From: Mizuhopecten yessoensis
Lineage: Eukaryota
NCBI RefSeq assembly: GCF_002113885.1
Contig: NW_018408845.1
Location: 698,979-762,978, forward strand
DNA: 64,000 bases
Reading direction: 5' to 3'
The notes beneath the pieces were generated by a model. It did not search any database. It saw nothing but the letters and a program-made list of their open reading frames with translations, and was not told the DNA's origin. Within the stretch, counting starts at the first letter, position 1; every line of letters starts with the position of its first letter. Shown here one piece after another: positions 63,483-64,000 of this stretch. The position numbers and the translations under genes are program-made.

Positions 63483-64000
63483 CTATCAGATACAAGAAGA
63501 TTGGTTAGTGAATATCTGCTAAAAATGTTGGCTCATGATAATTACCTATATCAATAGTTAAGAATGTGATGATGCAACTGATTTTAGTCTCATAATTTTG
63601 TTGAAAATATGAACCATTAGTTGGATTTGGTGCTGAATTCTCCAATTTTAATATCTATAGTTTTAACTCTTCCTTCTGGTGCATGAGCCCAGGCTACTTA
63701 TAAATAATTCCTTGCATTCATAGGACTATATACAACTACGGTCAGTAATTTGTGGTATTAGATGATTTTTGAATATGCAATGGACACCATCTGTCAGTTG
63801 CAAAATACACATAAAGAGCATTTGTGGGTTCTATCTGTCAAAATACATAAATGTGCACAAATGCTTTTATTAATTGGTGAACTTTTGTATCATTACTTGT
63901 GTACTTTGCGGACTTTAAATACTGCAGCAGTAACAAAATGCTACCAGTTGTCATCATTCTTGTAGACTTCATCCATCAGACTTTAGTCTGGTAGACTTTA

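Noticed and set aside
63945-64000. Candidate RARS2 start exon at the window edge
   Set aside because: The ATG frames either create a TGA at the junction or are out of phase with exon 63380-63482, and the donor is weak.

Overview
Eukaryotic, AT-rich, repeat-dense genomic DNA, most likely from a bivalve mollusc (inferred from the repeat families). The right half (34.9-63.5 kb, minus strand) holds a multi-exon mitochondrial arginyl-tRNA synthetase gene (RARS2-like). I reconstructed 17 well-supported exons and 1 ambiguous exon by hand; the 5' end probably lies beyond the window. About 11 kb of its introns are seven unrelated minisatellite arrays. One array tandemly amplifies an exon end plus its 5' splice site eight times, and another carries donor-like and acceptor-like motifs in its unit. 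One intron is GC-AG and contains a 128-bp solo-LTR-like unit built around a tRNA-like Pol III cassette. The left half holds the terminal exon of a PRRT3/4-like membrane protein and an intronless 298-aa orphan ORF with an N-myristoylation motif. It also contains decayed CR1- and RTE-type LINEs, a tRNA-derived SINE, Helentron-type non-autonomous elements, MITEs, satellites, a 2.1-kb insertion bounded by 91-bp direct repeats, and an assembly gap. Most short ORFs in the supplied track are noise from repeats. All homology calls come from recalled motifs, not database searches.
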